32,024 bases of DNA from Promethearchaeota archaeon (GCA_016930515.1 JAFGGO010000086.1:1-32024), one strand, 5' to 3'. Numbered from the stretch's first letter, positions 9,840-20,245 are shown. Translations and numbers: made by a program. The notes: a model not told the origin generated them from the letters alone.

Positions 9840-10423
9840 AATACATCATCTCGTTTTATATTTCCGTTAATTTTATGATAGTTCAAACAAAATTTCGAAA
9901 TAATCTATTATTTCTCATTAGTTGAATAAGGTCTTTAATGAAGACCGTTTTATATTTTTTATGGTATTTTTTACGAAAAGTCGATCGTTTTGGGTATTTA
10001 GTGGGACTAAGAACGCGTTTTTACATTTACAGATCGATATAGCACATAGATTAATATAAATCAATACTTGATATTCTTCTTCTAAATTTAGAGACTTTCG
10101 ATTTTTCGAATCTGATTTCTTCTCATCTATTTTTTCATTAAACTAAATTTATCTAATTGAATATCTGTTTTTGGAAATAATTGTTCATTATGGAGTATAC
10201 CAGTTAATATATCGTAAATTTTCTCTATTTTTTATTTTTTAATATTTTTAGGAATATAAATTTACAAGCGTGGCACAAGCTTTCTTAGATTCGTGTTGTG
10301 ATTTCAATCAACTTCTTAAAAATTCCACTTTTCTCCCAGACGATTTTATATTATACTTTTTTTTTCTAATAACATCTTTTTAACCAATTTAGAAATTCAA
10401 TTAAAAAAAGAGATAAAAATCAA

Positions 10424-13400
10424 ATGAAAAAATTAAAAACAACAAGGATAAATCAAACCGTCGCATTTTTAACTATATTGATTTTTGGGGTGATTACAAC
10501 GCTTCCAATCTTTTTCAACGACGAAACCTTCTTTGATAACAAGATAATTGAAGAAAGGTTGAATCTTCGAGTTTCAGCACCTATCTCACCTATTTTCATA
10601 GATAACAATTGGACGGCATATATAACCGCAGGAGTATCGTGGCTGAGTGGTAATGGAACGAGCGACGATCCCTATGTCATTGAAGATATAGAGATCGATG
10701 GACAGTATAATTATCATTGTATACGCATCGAAAATTCGATCGCCCATTTTGTCGTGAGAAATTGTACCTTCGTTAACGGACCCCTATGGGATAGTCGTGA
10801 CTTTGAATACGGAGGAGGAATAAGATTATTCAATGTTTCAAACGGGCAATTAATAGAAAATAATTGTTCATATAACGATTATGGAATTTTTATGGAAGAT
10901 TGCGCTGAAAATACTTTATTTGGAAACGATTTATATTACAATTTCGATGATGCGATTGTTATATGGGATTGCAATAACATAGATGTTCTTGAGAACAATG
11001 TCATTTTTAACGAAGGTCGTGGGATTTACTTTGAGTTTTCGGACAATTGTAATATTTTAGAAAATGAGGTGCACTCGAACTTGGTTTATGGTCTCGATCT
11101 TTATGAGCTCGATAATAGCGTCGTGACAAACAACAACATTAGCAATAATGGGTTTTTCATACCAGATGGAGGTGTATCATCTGTTGGAATTAATATTGAT
11201 TGCTGCCATTTCAACGACTTCGTGAGAAACACGGTATCTGATCAGTTAATAGGAGGAATCGGAGAAGGAATAAAAATACTTGGTTCAAACGATAACTATT
11301 TTTTTATGAATGACATTAACCACAACGGTGACGGTATTCTAATAACTTATGGTTTTGATGATAGCAAAAATAACATATTCTTTGGTAACAATGTCACAAA
11401 CAATATGAACTACGGAGCGATGATAGAATATTCAAGTTCAAACAATACATTTTATTGCAATAATTTCGTTAATAACACCATTCACGCTCGAGATAGTACT
11501 TCTATAGATGATAATTTCTGGTTTTTTTCAGTAGTTGGAAATTATTGGGACAATTACACGGGAGTTGACACAGATGGTAATGGAATAGGCGATTCACCTT
11601 ACGAAGATATTGAAGGTTCAGTAGCCATTGATTTATATCCCTTGATGGAGCCCGTCTTGGATCCAGAAGAGGTTTATGCAAATCATACGGATGGCGGCCC
11701 AGAATGGTCCGGAGAACCAATCTATATCGACGACTCGTCACCGACAAATAGTTGGGCGCATTATAAGAGTTCGGGAGCGTCTTGGTTAAGTGGTAATGGA
11801 ACGAGCGACGATCCGTATGTCATCGAGAATGTTAAGATAAATGGGCAAGTTTTTTATTATTGCATTCACATTGAGAATTCGATCGCTCATTTCATCGTGA
11901 GAAATTGTACGCTTCTTAATGCTTCCTTTTCGACCAGAGCAGGAATCAGGTTATATAATGTTGCAAATGGACAAGTAATAGATAATAATTGTACATATAA
12001 TTATAACGGAGTATACATTCAGGATTGCGTTGAAAATATTACTTTATTTGGAAACGAGATAAAAAGTAATAGCGAATCTGGAATAGTCGTTGACGATTGC
12101 GATTTTGTAGATATCCTTGAAAACAATATTACTAATAACGGAGGTAATGGGATTTTCACCTATAATTCTGACGATTGTAACATATCATTAAACGAAATAC
12201 ACTCGAACGAAGGAACAGGGCTCTATCTTGATAATTCAGAGTATAACACCGCAGAGGAAAACAAGATTAGTAATAATGGTTTTTCTGATGAATGGGTCGG
12301 AATTGAGTTAATTTACTCTCACGATAACGATTTCTTGAGAAACACAATATCAGACGAGCTAAAATTCGTAGGAGGTTCGTGGGTAGGACAAGGTATAAGA
12401 GTATGTGATTCGTATCGCAATTACTTTTTCATGAACAATATAATCCACAACGGACAAGGAGTTGTTTTAACTGACACTGGAATGCAAAATCGATTTAATT
12501 GGTTATTCGGTAACAACATCACGGATAATGTAAATTACGGAGTGTTTATAGCAGATGGACAAATGTTGGAAAATTCGATATATTGCAATAACTTCATAAA
12601 TAACTCAGTTCACGCCCGAAATAACGATGATAGATATAATTTTTGGAACGCATCTACAGTTGGAAATTATTGGGATGATTACACAGGAGTTGACGCAGAT
12701 GGTAATGGATTAGGAGATACTCCCTATAATCTTTTTAGAGGTTGCGATTATCTCCCATTAATGGAAATAGTCCTAGATCCTGAATGGGTATTTGCAAATC
12801 TTACGAGAGATTCAGAAGAACCAGATGAATCAATGGGTATTAGTCCCATTTACATCTTCGGCTTGTCACCAACTGATGATTGGGTGTATTATAAGAGTTT
12901 AGGAGTTTCGTGGTTAAGCGGAGAAGGAACATTCGACAATCCTTATGTCATAGAAAACCAATTTATCAACGCTAGCTCTGCATCTGAAAATAGATCTTGC
13001 ATATATATCGAGGAATCAAGAGCTCATTTCATCATAAGAAATTGCACGCTAGTCAGTGCTTCAGAAGGTCTATATCGTTATAAAGAAGGTGCGGGAATAA
13101 CTTTGAATAGGGTTACTAATGGACAATTAATTGGTAATAATTGTTCTTTCAATGACATAGGAATTAAGTCAGCAGATAATTATGACAGTAGTATCCTTGT
13201 AACTGGAAATGACTTGATATTAAATAAAAAATATGGACTGTACCTAGAAACCATTGGTAATTGCGAGGTCACTGAGAACAATATGTTATATAACGGAATT
13301 GGGATGTCGATATTTAGCTGTAGATATAGTAACTTTTCTAAAAATGAAATACATTTTAACGATGGATATGGAATGCAAACTAGAAATATCCGTTCTTGTT

Positions 13401-14095
13401 CATTTGAAGAAAATAATATTAGTAACAATGGAGGTACAGACGAAATTGTCGTTAGTTCTTTACTCTTCTTGAAAGGAAGTGCTACAGATAATACGAATGG
13501 AATTTTCATTAATAATAGTTACGATAACGAGTTCCTGAAAAATATTATTAGTAACGAAATAACAGGTATCCAAATGCAAAATTCGAGCGAGAACTATTTC
13601 TTCTTAAATATCATTCACCACAACAAGAACGGCATTAATTTAGACTTGCAATCAAACAAAAATACGTTTTTTGGAAATAATTTCACAGACAACACGGACA
13701 AGGGGGTATCAGTAGCTGAAGGTTGTTCTGATAACCTATTGTATTGCAATAATTTCATAAATAACACGATTCACGCAAGTGATTTAAACCCTCCACTCGT
13801 TAATCATTGGAATACAAGCACGATAGGAAATTATTGGGATGATTATGGCGGAGTTGATACGGATGGTGATGGAATCGGAGATTCGTCAAATGGATTGGAC
13901 TATCTACCTATAATTGTGCCCGTTGAAGATCCAGAAGAAGTTATTGAAGATCATCAGAGCGATATGGATGATGGAAATACGGAAGATCAAGGAGAGGGGG
14001 GAGGAAACATCTCTTTTGGCGGTTCTTTCCTTCTTTTTTCTCTCTTAGCAATAGCTTCGCTTATTCTTATCTTTAGGAAGCGTCATTTCAAGTAA
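10424..14095 (+). CDS. NosD/right-handed parallel beta-helix surface protein with three tandem modules and a Loki-CTERM-like C-terminal anchor
   Basis: Three copies of PIxI...SWLSGxGTxDxPYVIE...FIxRNCT...GNYWDxYxGVDxDGxGxGD...DxxP; tail GGGNISFGGSFLLFSLLAIASLILIFRKR. Confidence 0.85.
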   Translation: MKKLKTTRINQTVAFLTILIFGVITTLPIFFNDETFFDNKIIEERLNLRVSAPISPIFIDNNWTAYITAGVSWLSGNGTSDDPYVIEDIEIDGQYNYHCIRIENSIAHFVVRNCTFVNGPLWDSRDFEYGGGIRLFNVSNGQLIENNCSYNDYGIFMEDCAENTLFGNDLYYNFDDAIVIWDCNNIDVLENNVIFNEGRGIYFEFSDNCNILENEVHSNLVYGLDLYELDNSVVTNNNISNNGFFIPDGGVSSVGINIDCCHFNDFVRNTVSDQLIGGIGEGIKILGSNDNYFFMNDINHNGDGILITYGFDDSKNNIFFGNNVTNNMNYGAMIEYSSSNNTFYCNNFVNNTIHARDSTSIDDNFWFFSVVGNYWDNYTGVDTDGNGIGDSPYEDIEGSVAIDLYPLMEPVLDPEEVYANHTDGGPEWSGEPIYIDDSSPTNSWAHYKSSGASWLSGNGTSDDPYVIENVKINGQVFYYCIHIENSIAHFIVRNCTLLNASFSTRAGIRLYNVANGQVIDNNCTYNYNGVYIQDCVENITLFGNEIKSNSESGIVVDDCDFVDILENNITNNGGNGIFTYNSDDCNISLNEIHSNEGTGLYLDNSEYNTAEENKISNNGFSDEWVGIELIYSHDNDFLRNTISDELKFVGGSWVGQGIRVCDSYRNYFFMNNIIHNGQGVVLTDTGMQNRFNWLFGNNITDNVNYGVFIADGQMLENSIYCNNFINNSVHARNNDDRYNFWNASTVGNYWDDYTGVDADGNGLGDTPYNLFRGCDYLPLMEIVLDPEWVFANLTRDSEEPDESMGISPIYIFGLSPTDDWVYYKSLGVSWLSGEGTFDNPYVIENQFINASSASENRSCIYIEESRAHFIIRNCTLVSASEGLYRYKEGAGITLNRVTNGQLIGNNCSFNDIGIKSADNYDSSILVTGNDLILNKKYGLYLETIGNCEVTENNMLYNGIGMSIFSCRYSNFSKNEIHFNDGYGMQTRNIRSCSFEENNISNNGGTDEIVVSSLLFLKGSATDNTNGIFINNSYDNEFLKNIISNEITGIQMQNSSENYFFLNIIHHNKNGINLDLQSNKNTFFGNNFTDNTDKGVSVAEGCSDNLLYCNNFINNTIHASDLNPPLVNHWNTSTIGNYWDDYGGVDTDGDGIGDSSNGLDYLPIIVPVEDPEEVIEDHQSDMDDGNTEDQGEGGGNISFGGSFLLFSLLAIASLILIFRKRHFK

Positions 14096-14261
14096 ATAAA
14101 AAAATTCCATAATTCATTTTTTTTTTCTTAATATCTTTTATTGAATTAGATATTGCACCTTAAAAAAAGAGTTTTGCACATTATGATGATAAAAGTCAAA
14201 TAACATTCCTTCTTTATAACCCTATCAAGGAAAAAAAAACACTTATCTCGTGCAAAACAAC

Positions 14262-15080
14262 ATGGTAAAAAGTCGAACGAAGTTTCCCCGAGAAGGAGAA
14301 TTTATAATGGGACGGGTGGTTGAAATTCAAAACCAATACATTTATGTGGACTTGATCGATTACAAAGGGCTTGATTCAGAAGAGCACGCTCGGGGCATGA
14401 TCCATATAAGCGAGATCTCAAGCAGGTGGATCAAGAATATCCGAAATTTTGCTCGCATTAATCAAATCCTCGTTTTAAGGGTTTTAAAAGTGGACTCATA
14501 CAAGGGGCACGTGGACTTGTCTCTCAGGCGGGTAAACTCCGCTCAGAAGGAAAATCGCAAGAAGGAACAAAAATTCGCAATGAAGTTCGAAACCTTGCTC
14601 GAGTTTCTATCCGAAGAAACTGGCATGACACTTGACGAAGCCTATGAAAAGGTCGGTTTTCCCATTTTAGACATGTACGACAACTATCAGGACGCCATCG
14701 AAGATTTAAAAGAGAACGGCCCGCAAATTCTTAGCAAGCTCAATGATATTCCCGAAGACGTCAAGCAGAAATACCTGAATATCATTAACGAAAATGTGGA
14801 AATTTCAACAATAAACATCATTGGCAAGATAAAGCTTTCTTTTTCTAACGAGAACGGAATCGAATTGATCAAGGATTCCTTGCTGAACGCCCTCAAGGTG
14901 GTGAAGCAACCAAAAGAAACGCGTCACATTAACATATCGTATATTGGAACGCCCTTCTATCGCTTGGAGATCGTTTCGAAGGATTACATCGATGCAGAAG
15001 CGATCTTATCAGAAGCCATGGAAATCATTCAGGCAAATGTGCAACAATATAATGGCCAGTTCGAGTTCATTCGAGATTAA
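14262..15080 (+). CDS. eif2a: Translation initiation factor aIF2 alpha subunit
   Basis: S1 domain FPREGE...IHISEISSRWIKNI...GHVDLSLRRV and C-terminal YIGTPFYRLEI. ATG at 14262 (alternative GTG at 14250). Confidence 0.95.
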   Translation: MVKSRTKFPREGEFIMGRVVEIQNQYIYVDLIDYKGLDSEEHARGMIHISEISSRWIKNIRNFARINQILVLRVLKVDSYKGHVDLSLRRVNSAQKENRKKEQKFAMKFETLLEFLSEETGMTLDEAYEKVGFPILDMYDNYQDAIEDLKENGPQILSKLNDIPEDVKQKYLNIINENVEISTINIIGKIKLSFSNENGIELIKDSLLNALKVVKQPKETRHINISYIGTPFYRLEIVSKDYIDAEAILSEAMEIIQANVQQYNGQFEFIRD

Positions 15081-15112
15081 TCAAGACTTAATGTGATGGG
15101 AGGAGTTCGATA

Positions 15113-15298
15113 ATGACAAAACACCTTCAAAAATGCGTAAACTGCGGAGAATATAGCTTGGCCAATCCGGAGCTCAAGTGCATTTACTGCGGAGGGCAGC
15201 TGACGAACGTAAAACCTCCCAAGTTTTCGTTACAAGACAAGTTTGGCAAATATCGGCTCAAATACTTCAAGGAAGAATTTGAAAAGAAATACAATTAA
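15113..15298 (+). CDS. nop10: H/ACA RNP protein Nop10
   Basis: CxxC...CxxCGG...PPKFSLQDKFGKYR, in the conserved position after aIF2a. Confidence 0.9.
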   Translation: MTKHLQKCVNCGEYSLANPELKCIYCGGQLTNVKPPKFSLQDKFGKYRLKYFKEEFEKKYN

Positions 15299-15344
15299 GT
15301 GATTTCTGAAGATCTGTTAAGAATGACCTATTTTATTTGCTGAT

Positions 15345-16058
15345 TTATAATGTAATTAACATTGCGTATTTTTCGTCCACGAAAATTTTCGCATTCTTGT
15401 ACGGAAGGCTTGCCACGTCTTCTTTTTCGTATGGACCGTAGTTCAACAAGTCAATTCCTACAATTGGGGGAGTTTTTTTCAAAAATCTGATGAGCACATA
15501 ATTGTAATCCTCTTCTTTAGGGTCTTGAAAGGTCTGGGAAGATGTATATTGTAGATTGGGTTTGATATCGTCATGCTCTGTATGTTCTTTACTCTCAAGT
15601 TTGGTTCCTTTTACTACGATCTCTTTAGCATCTTTTTTTAAATCTACATTGAAGGCATCAATCGGAGCTTGATTTATTGATTCGAAAGACTTGTCAACGA
15701 TGGATAGTTTTAAAGTCTTATCATACCCTTTCAATGACGCAACAAGATTTTGGTATAAAAGTTTCTCTGCCTCAATGAGAAGATCAATATCAATAGCTTG
15801 CAAGGCAAGTGCGGCGTTAATTAACTTGATTTCGCGAATTTTCAATAAATCTGAAAGCAAATATTCAAAGTTCTTTTGATAGGTTTTAGTTAAGGTGGCA
15901 TTAATCCCTTCTTCCTTTTCAATTTTAACTTCCTTAACTCGTTGGAAATCGTCTTGATATTGCTCATAGGAATCTTGCGATAACGGAGTCAACTCGTTCG
16001 ACTTATATTCCTTCAACCAATGCTTGTAGAGTTTATCGTAAGCCACCTGTAAATTCAT
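15345..16058 (-). CDS. gins15: GINS complex subunit (Gins15/Gins51 type)
   Basis: Helical A domain (LLKIREIKL...LLIEAEK) and B domain (LIRFLKKTPPIVGIDLLNYGPYEKEDVASLP...NA); downstream of priS. Confidence 0.85.
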   Translation of the reverse strand: MNLQVAYDKLYKHWLKEYKSNELTPLSQDSYEQYQDDFQRVKEVKIEKEEGINATLTKTYQKNFEYLLSDLLKIREIKLINAALALQAIDIDLLIEAEKLLYQNLVASLKGYDKTLKLSIVDKSFESINQAPIDAFNVDLKKDAKEIVVKGTKLESKEHTEHDDIKPNLQYTSSQTFQDPKEEDYNYVLIRFLKKTPPIVGIDLLNYGPYEKEDVASLPYKNAKIFVDEKYAMLITL

Positions 16059-16127
16059 GCGATTTAAAAACCATTTTTATGTGATTTAGTAGGGGATGAG
16101 AAAGTTAAAAAAGTTATTATTAACACG

Positions 16128-17399
16128 TCAAGAGAGTTTTGCCACTTCCTTGCATAGGAGAAAAACGGCCAGGTGGTTGGGAACCTCTATCACGTCTCCT
16201 TGAGAATAAGGGCCATAAGTTTGATCCTTCATTGTCGTTGGAGGCACAGTGGTTTCTATAATCTGGAGCTTCTGCGTTTCGGAACTGCTATAGAATACAA
16301 TTGGATCTAGCTCTTCGCTTTGCTCGTTGAGTGGATTAAACCAATCGAGCTGATCCCGCGTTAATTCTTGAACTTTAAACCCAGATTTACCGTGAAGCGA
16401 ATCAGGGTAGCGAATGAGCCTATGAACATCTATAGTGACAGGTTCGTCAATTTCCACGCCAATTTCGTGCGCAATGGCCTGCAAAAACTTGACCCAGGAT
16501 TCGCGCCCCAATCCTTCCACATCCCATATATTTGCTGTGCTAGTGCTTGAAAAGGTATTAAGCAATTTGATTCTTGAGTTTATAATGTTAGTTACGACAT
16601 TTGATTTCAGGCCTAATCTTGTTAGCGTATTTTCCAAGAGTTCAAGTGGTTCGTTTAATATTTTTTCTAGTCGAGTAGCGATCTTACAAGCCCATCCAAC
16701 ATTTTCCTTTCGGAGACCGTAAAAAACACCAGATTTTTCCTTGAAACCTAGAATATCAAGGGATAAATTATTTCCACTGAGGTAATCTGCGATTTCTCTC
16801 CTCCCTTCGCTTGAAAGAGCTCTCATCTTTTCGTTTTCGACCTTGATGTGATATCCTCGGTGACCGGAAAAGGCAATTTTTAATTCTGATTCTTCGAGTC
16901 CAAAATCGGGAATTAGAAAGTCGTCCACGAGCGAGATAATTGATCTTTTAGCGACTTCCAAGCATTGCTCACAAATCCAAGAGAAGGTCTTAAACCTCGT
17001 GCTTCCACAAGAGCATTTTTTCCCCGCCATGCCTTTACCCTGCTTACCACAATCTCTACAATACCAAAAGTCATGATTTTCCTTACATGGCGTGTAAAAG
17101 TGGTCTACATCGATATCGATGATGAAATCGCAACCAAGATAGCCCTTGTTATCCATTTCCGAGCGATCGGGATTTTTGTAAATTGTTCCGCTCGAATAAA
17201 CATGTCTTGGTCCCTCTTGAATTAAGTATTTACTCAAGAGAGCCGTTGTATCGAAGCCCATGTGTCGAATCATTATTTGTCGATCCCAAGGTATGAATCC
17301 AAATTCTCTGCTTCCAAATTGAGCCACGCATGCAATATCTTGTCCAATATTACGATAATAAGCTTGAAATAATCGCTTAAGAAACACCTGCTCGCTCAT
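16128..17399 (-). CDS. priS: DNA primase small (catalytic) subunit
   Basis: REFGF, DFIIDIDVD, FSGHRGYH and IDEPVTIDVHRLIRYPDSLHGKSG motifs; Cys-rich Zn insertion. Confidence 0.95.
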   Translation of the reverse strand: MSEQVFLKRLFQAYYRNIGQDIACVAQFGSREFGFIPWDRQIMIRHMGFDTTALLSKYLIQEGPRHVYSSGTIYKNPDRSEMDNKGYLGCDFIIDIDVDHFYTPCKENHDFWYCRDCGKQGKGMAGKKCSCGSTRFKTFSWICEQCLEVAKRSIISLVDDFLIPDFGLEESELKIAFSGHRGYHIKVENEKMRALSSEGRREIADYLSGNNLSLDILGFKEKSGVFYGLRKENVGWACKIATRLEKILNEPLELLENTLTRLGLKSNVVTNIINSRIKLLNTFSSTSTANIWDVEGLGRESWVKFLQAIAHEIGVEIDEPVTIDVHRLIRYPDSLHGKSGFKVQELTRDQLDWFNPLNEQSEELDPIVFYSSSETQKLQIIETTVPPTTMKDQTYGPYSQGDVIEVPNHLAVFLLCKEVAKLS

Positions 17400-18589
17400 T
17401 CTTTATTCTCCTCTTGATTAAATTTATCAACATCTTTTGATTCTGACTTGGCGTTCCTATACTGTTTAATCGTAATGTAAGTTAGGGGGTGGGAAATGAA
17501 TTTTTGTTGATCCGCTTGTTTTGAATAATAGCCTTTCAAGCAGAGTTCGTCATCGTATTCTTTGGCCTTACAAAAGTGAAGCGATTTCAAGGTATCGCAT
17601 TTATGGGGGGTATAATTCTTTTCCAAGGCAAAATCAACTTGATAACGCGTCTTACTTTCGTCAAAATCAGGGAGGTTTGAAAAGATGTTCACGATCTCAT
17701 CAAGTTTGTAATTAATGGCGTGTAATAAGAACACCATAAACAATCGCTCGTTGTGAACGAGGTTTTGGCCTTCTTTAGCTTTAGTTAAGATTTCCTGGAG
17801 ACAAGGAGGAAAAAATTCTGAAGAAGCTTTACCTTCTCCAAACGAAAAGTCTTTGAATTCACGGGCCTCCTTTCTTTTATCCCATTCATTTGCTAACTGT
17901 TCATGTAATTCCTGAAATTCTTTCACGCTTAACAAGTCATTTTTTAGGTCCTCATTCGAATTTTTGTCTAGGTTTCCGCTTGAAAGTATCTTTTTTCGAA
18001 TGTGTTCTTGGAGCAAGCGGGCAATGGACCTTTTTTCCACATATACATATCCTGCTTCTAGGGGATTATTTACTAATTTCCGGGGATCGTCTCGAAAATT
18101 CACAGAAAGAGCTAAATAGTCGGAAAAATGGAGCTTGATATTTGTCTGAAGAGTTTGCTTCATATCCTTCACGATATTAATACCGTAGTTATATGGCTTT
18201 ACGGAATACTGCAGGTCCAATTTAAGATCCTGACAGAGCGTGTAAATATTTGCATAGTTGTCCTCCTTGAGGATCTCGTAATTAATCTTTGAATATAAGT
18301 TGGCAATCCTATTCGTTAAAATCTTGTCGTTAAGTGCGACTAACAGAAATTTTATGGCTAAATATATATAGGTATTAAGCTCGTCAATCTTGTATGTCGA
18401 CAATTGTTCGGCGTTTTTGAATCCCGCCTTGAATATTGATACGAGTCGCGTTTTTACTTCGTTTGGAGGATATCTCGAAAAAAGTTCTTTCAAAAACTCG
18501 CTTGGTTTTTTTTCTGACAGTTCAGAGTAATATTCTCCGAGAGAAGGGAGCCAAGGGTACTTATGTAACAATTCAAGCCTAAGATCCAT
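17396..18589 (-). CDS. priL: DNA primase large subunit
   Basis: KYPWL, KLVN...GYVY, FPPCL, NLVHNER, PDFDESKTRYQV and YTPHKCDTL (Fe-S CTD); 4-nt ATGA overlap with priS. Confidence 0.93.
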   Translation of the reverse strand: MDLRLELLHKYPWLPSLGEYYSELSEKKPSEFLKELFSRYPPNEVKTRLVSIFKAGFKNAEQLSTYKIDELNTYIYLAIKFLLVALNDKILTNRIANLYSKINYEILKEDNYANIYTLCQDLKLDLQYSVKPYNYGINIVKDMKQTLQTNIKLHFSDYLALSVNFRDDPRKLVNNPLEAGYVYVEKRSIARLLQEHIRKKILSSGNLDKNSNEDLKNDLLSVKEFQELHEQLANEWDKRKEAREFKDFSFGEGKASSEFFPPCLQEILTKAKEGQNLVHNERLFMVFLLHAINYKLDEIVNIFSNLPDFDESKTRYQVDFALEKNYTPHKCDTLKSLHFCKAKEYDDELCLKGYYSKQADQQKFISHPLTYITIKQYRNAKSESKDVDKFNQEENKE

Positions 18590-18759
18590 CCGATAATACT
18601 CCTTTCGTTCAATATGGGTTTTAATAGCACAAATATTTAACCAGATTTAATATATAGGAGTTTATCGATTTTTAAAAATTCAGATTATTTGTAGATTAAC
18701 ATAAAAAAATGATAAAGACAAAGGAAAAAAAAGAACGAGAAGAGACAATTATCTAACAA

Positions 18760-19296
18760 TTACTTAATATCAATCTTTTTCTTCTCGGGTTTGGGAGGCT
18801 CTACTTTAGGTATCTTTAAGTGCAAGATACCTTTTTCCAGGTTCGCTTCTATCTTATTTTCGTCAATGTATTCCGGCAAGGCAAAAGACCTGAAATACTT
18901 CGAACTATGGTATTCCCTCCGGATGAGTTCCCCTTCCTTTTCTTCTTTCTTTTCTTCCTTGAGCTCACCTTTTATTTCTAAATTGCCGTCTTGAATCGTG
19001 ATTTCAATATCTCCTTTATCTAGTCCAGGGAGCTCGGCAGTAATGTTGAAGAACTTATCGTCTTGGGTTATATTTGCCAAAGGCGTTCGAAAGATCGGCT
19101 CGTCGTCTCGTATTATTAATGACAATGGCCTGGTTCTTCTAAATGGAAAGTAAAAATCGTCCAAAAAGCTACTTCTTAAGTCGTCAAACAGGCGGTCCAT
19201 TTGTTGGAACAATGAAGACGGGCTTTCCCGCCTCACGGTCATTTCTCGATCTTTCTTATCTTTCTTGCTAACCTCTATCTTATTATCTTCAGACAC
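18760..19296 (-). CDS. hsp20: Small heat shock protein Hsp20/alpha-crystallin
   Basis: AELPGLDK...FRSFALP...ANLEKGILHLKIPK. GTG at 19296 follows SD GAGGTGA; the track's start at 19305 lies inside the SD. Confidence 0.92.
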   Translation of the reverse strand: MSEDNKIEVSKKDKKDREMTVRRESPSSLFQQMDRLFDDLRSSFLDDFYFPFRRTRPLSLIIRDDEPIFRTPLANITQDDKFFNITAELPGLDKGDIEITIQDGNLEIKGELKEEKKEEKEGELIRREYHSSKYFRSFALPEYIDENKIEANLEKGILHLKIPKVEPPKPEKKKIDIK

Positions 19297-19342
19297 ATTT
19301 ATCACCTCAAGTTTTTCAATAGTTTTTCATTAGTGAGTGGAT

Positions 19343-19369
19343 GTATAAAATTATTCCTGTCAAGACAGG
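19343..19369 (-). promoter_or_regulatory. Putative hsp20 promoter: TATA-like TTTTATAC with adjacent palindrome CCTGTC-AA-GACAGG
   Basis: Perfect 6-bp inverted repeat at 19356-19369, just upstream of a TATA-like box at 19350-19343 on the minus strand. Confidence 0.45.
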
Positions 19370-19456
19370 GTTTACAACCTATAATTGTTAAACAGATACA
19401 ATCATATTTAAATTTTTTCCCCAAGTTATATACCACAAAAACACATCTAATTGTGG

Positions 19457-20245
19457 TTATTTTTTAGATTTAAAAATTTTCAATTCCACGAAGGTTTTTA
19501 TCAGTTTTATTATGGCTTTTTTCAGGTGATCCTTGCTCTTTGCCCCCAAGCATATAACTTTACCATCAGAAAAAATCCAAAATTCAACTTTTGGATTTCG
19601 CATCCGATAAATCAATCCAGGAAAAGTTTCAGGGTTGTATGTAATGGAATCCATCACGATTGTTACCGTGTTTAAATCAATTTTTAATCCCAGATCAATT
19701 GTTGAAACGATTTTGTGAATCGTGATTAAGGGATTTGAGATTATTATATTCATATTTTGAAGTATTGCAATTACGATATCTACTACCCTTTTAATCACTT
19801 TTCTATCTTTAAGGCCGGTTATAACCATTTTCCCATACGAAAAGATCATGATTGTTGCACTTGGTTTTTCAAGTTTTAAAATTAAACCAGGAAATTTGTT
19901 AGGGGCGTATTCTGTTCCTTTTAATGATTGAGAAATATTTTTTAAATCTAGTTTATCCACTATATCGGTAGAAACGGTCGCTACAACATTTAAAGAATCG
20001 ATTTGACTTAGGATTTCACCCAGATTTACGAAAATAATTGAAGAACCCGAATACTCAATAAAAATTCCGCTTGCGTTTAACCAATCTGCAAGATCTTGTT
20101 TAAGCGAAGGTAATCCATTTAGGGACTCGTCAAATATAAGGAAAGGATCTTCAATCAATTCTGGAAGATGCTTCCTTTCGATAAATAACACCATTTTCTT
20201 TTTTTCTTCCATTACGAAAAGAATATTATCTCGACTTCGTTCCAT
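19457..20245 (-). CDS. tbp: Divergent TATA-binding protein paralogue with N-terminal extension
   Basis: Two TBP repeats: NVVAT...LDL...EYAPNKFPGLI...IFSYGKMVITG and KIVST...IDL...YNPETFPGLIYR...IFSDGKVICLGAKS. Start uncertain (20245 or 20362). Confidence 0.85.
   Translation of the reverse strand: MERSRDNILFVMEEKKKMVLFIERKHLPELIEDPFLIFDESLNGLPSLKQDLADWLNASGIFIEYSGSSIIFVNLGEILSQIDSLNVVATVSTDIVDKLDLKNISQSLKGTEYAPNKFPGLILKLEKPSATIMIFSYGKMVITGLKDRKVIKRVVDIVIAILQNMNIIISNPLITIHKIVSTIDLGLKIDLNTVTIVMDSITYNPETFPGLIYRMRNPKVEFWIFSDGKVICLGAKSKDHLKKAIIKLIKTFVELKIFKSKK

Noticed and set aside
14409-14429. Ser equivalent to eukaryotic eIF2a Ser51 (SEISSRW)
   Set aside because: Also present in some non-Asgard archaea, so not distinctive by itself.
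16960-17100. Cys-rich insertion in PriS
   Set aside because: Zinc-binding insertions at this position are known in archaeal primases.
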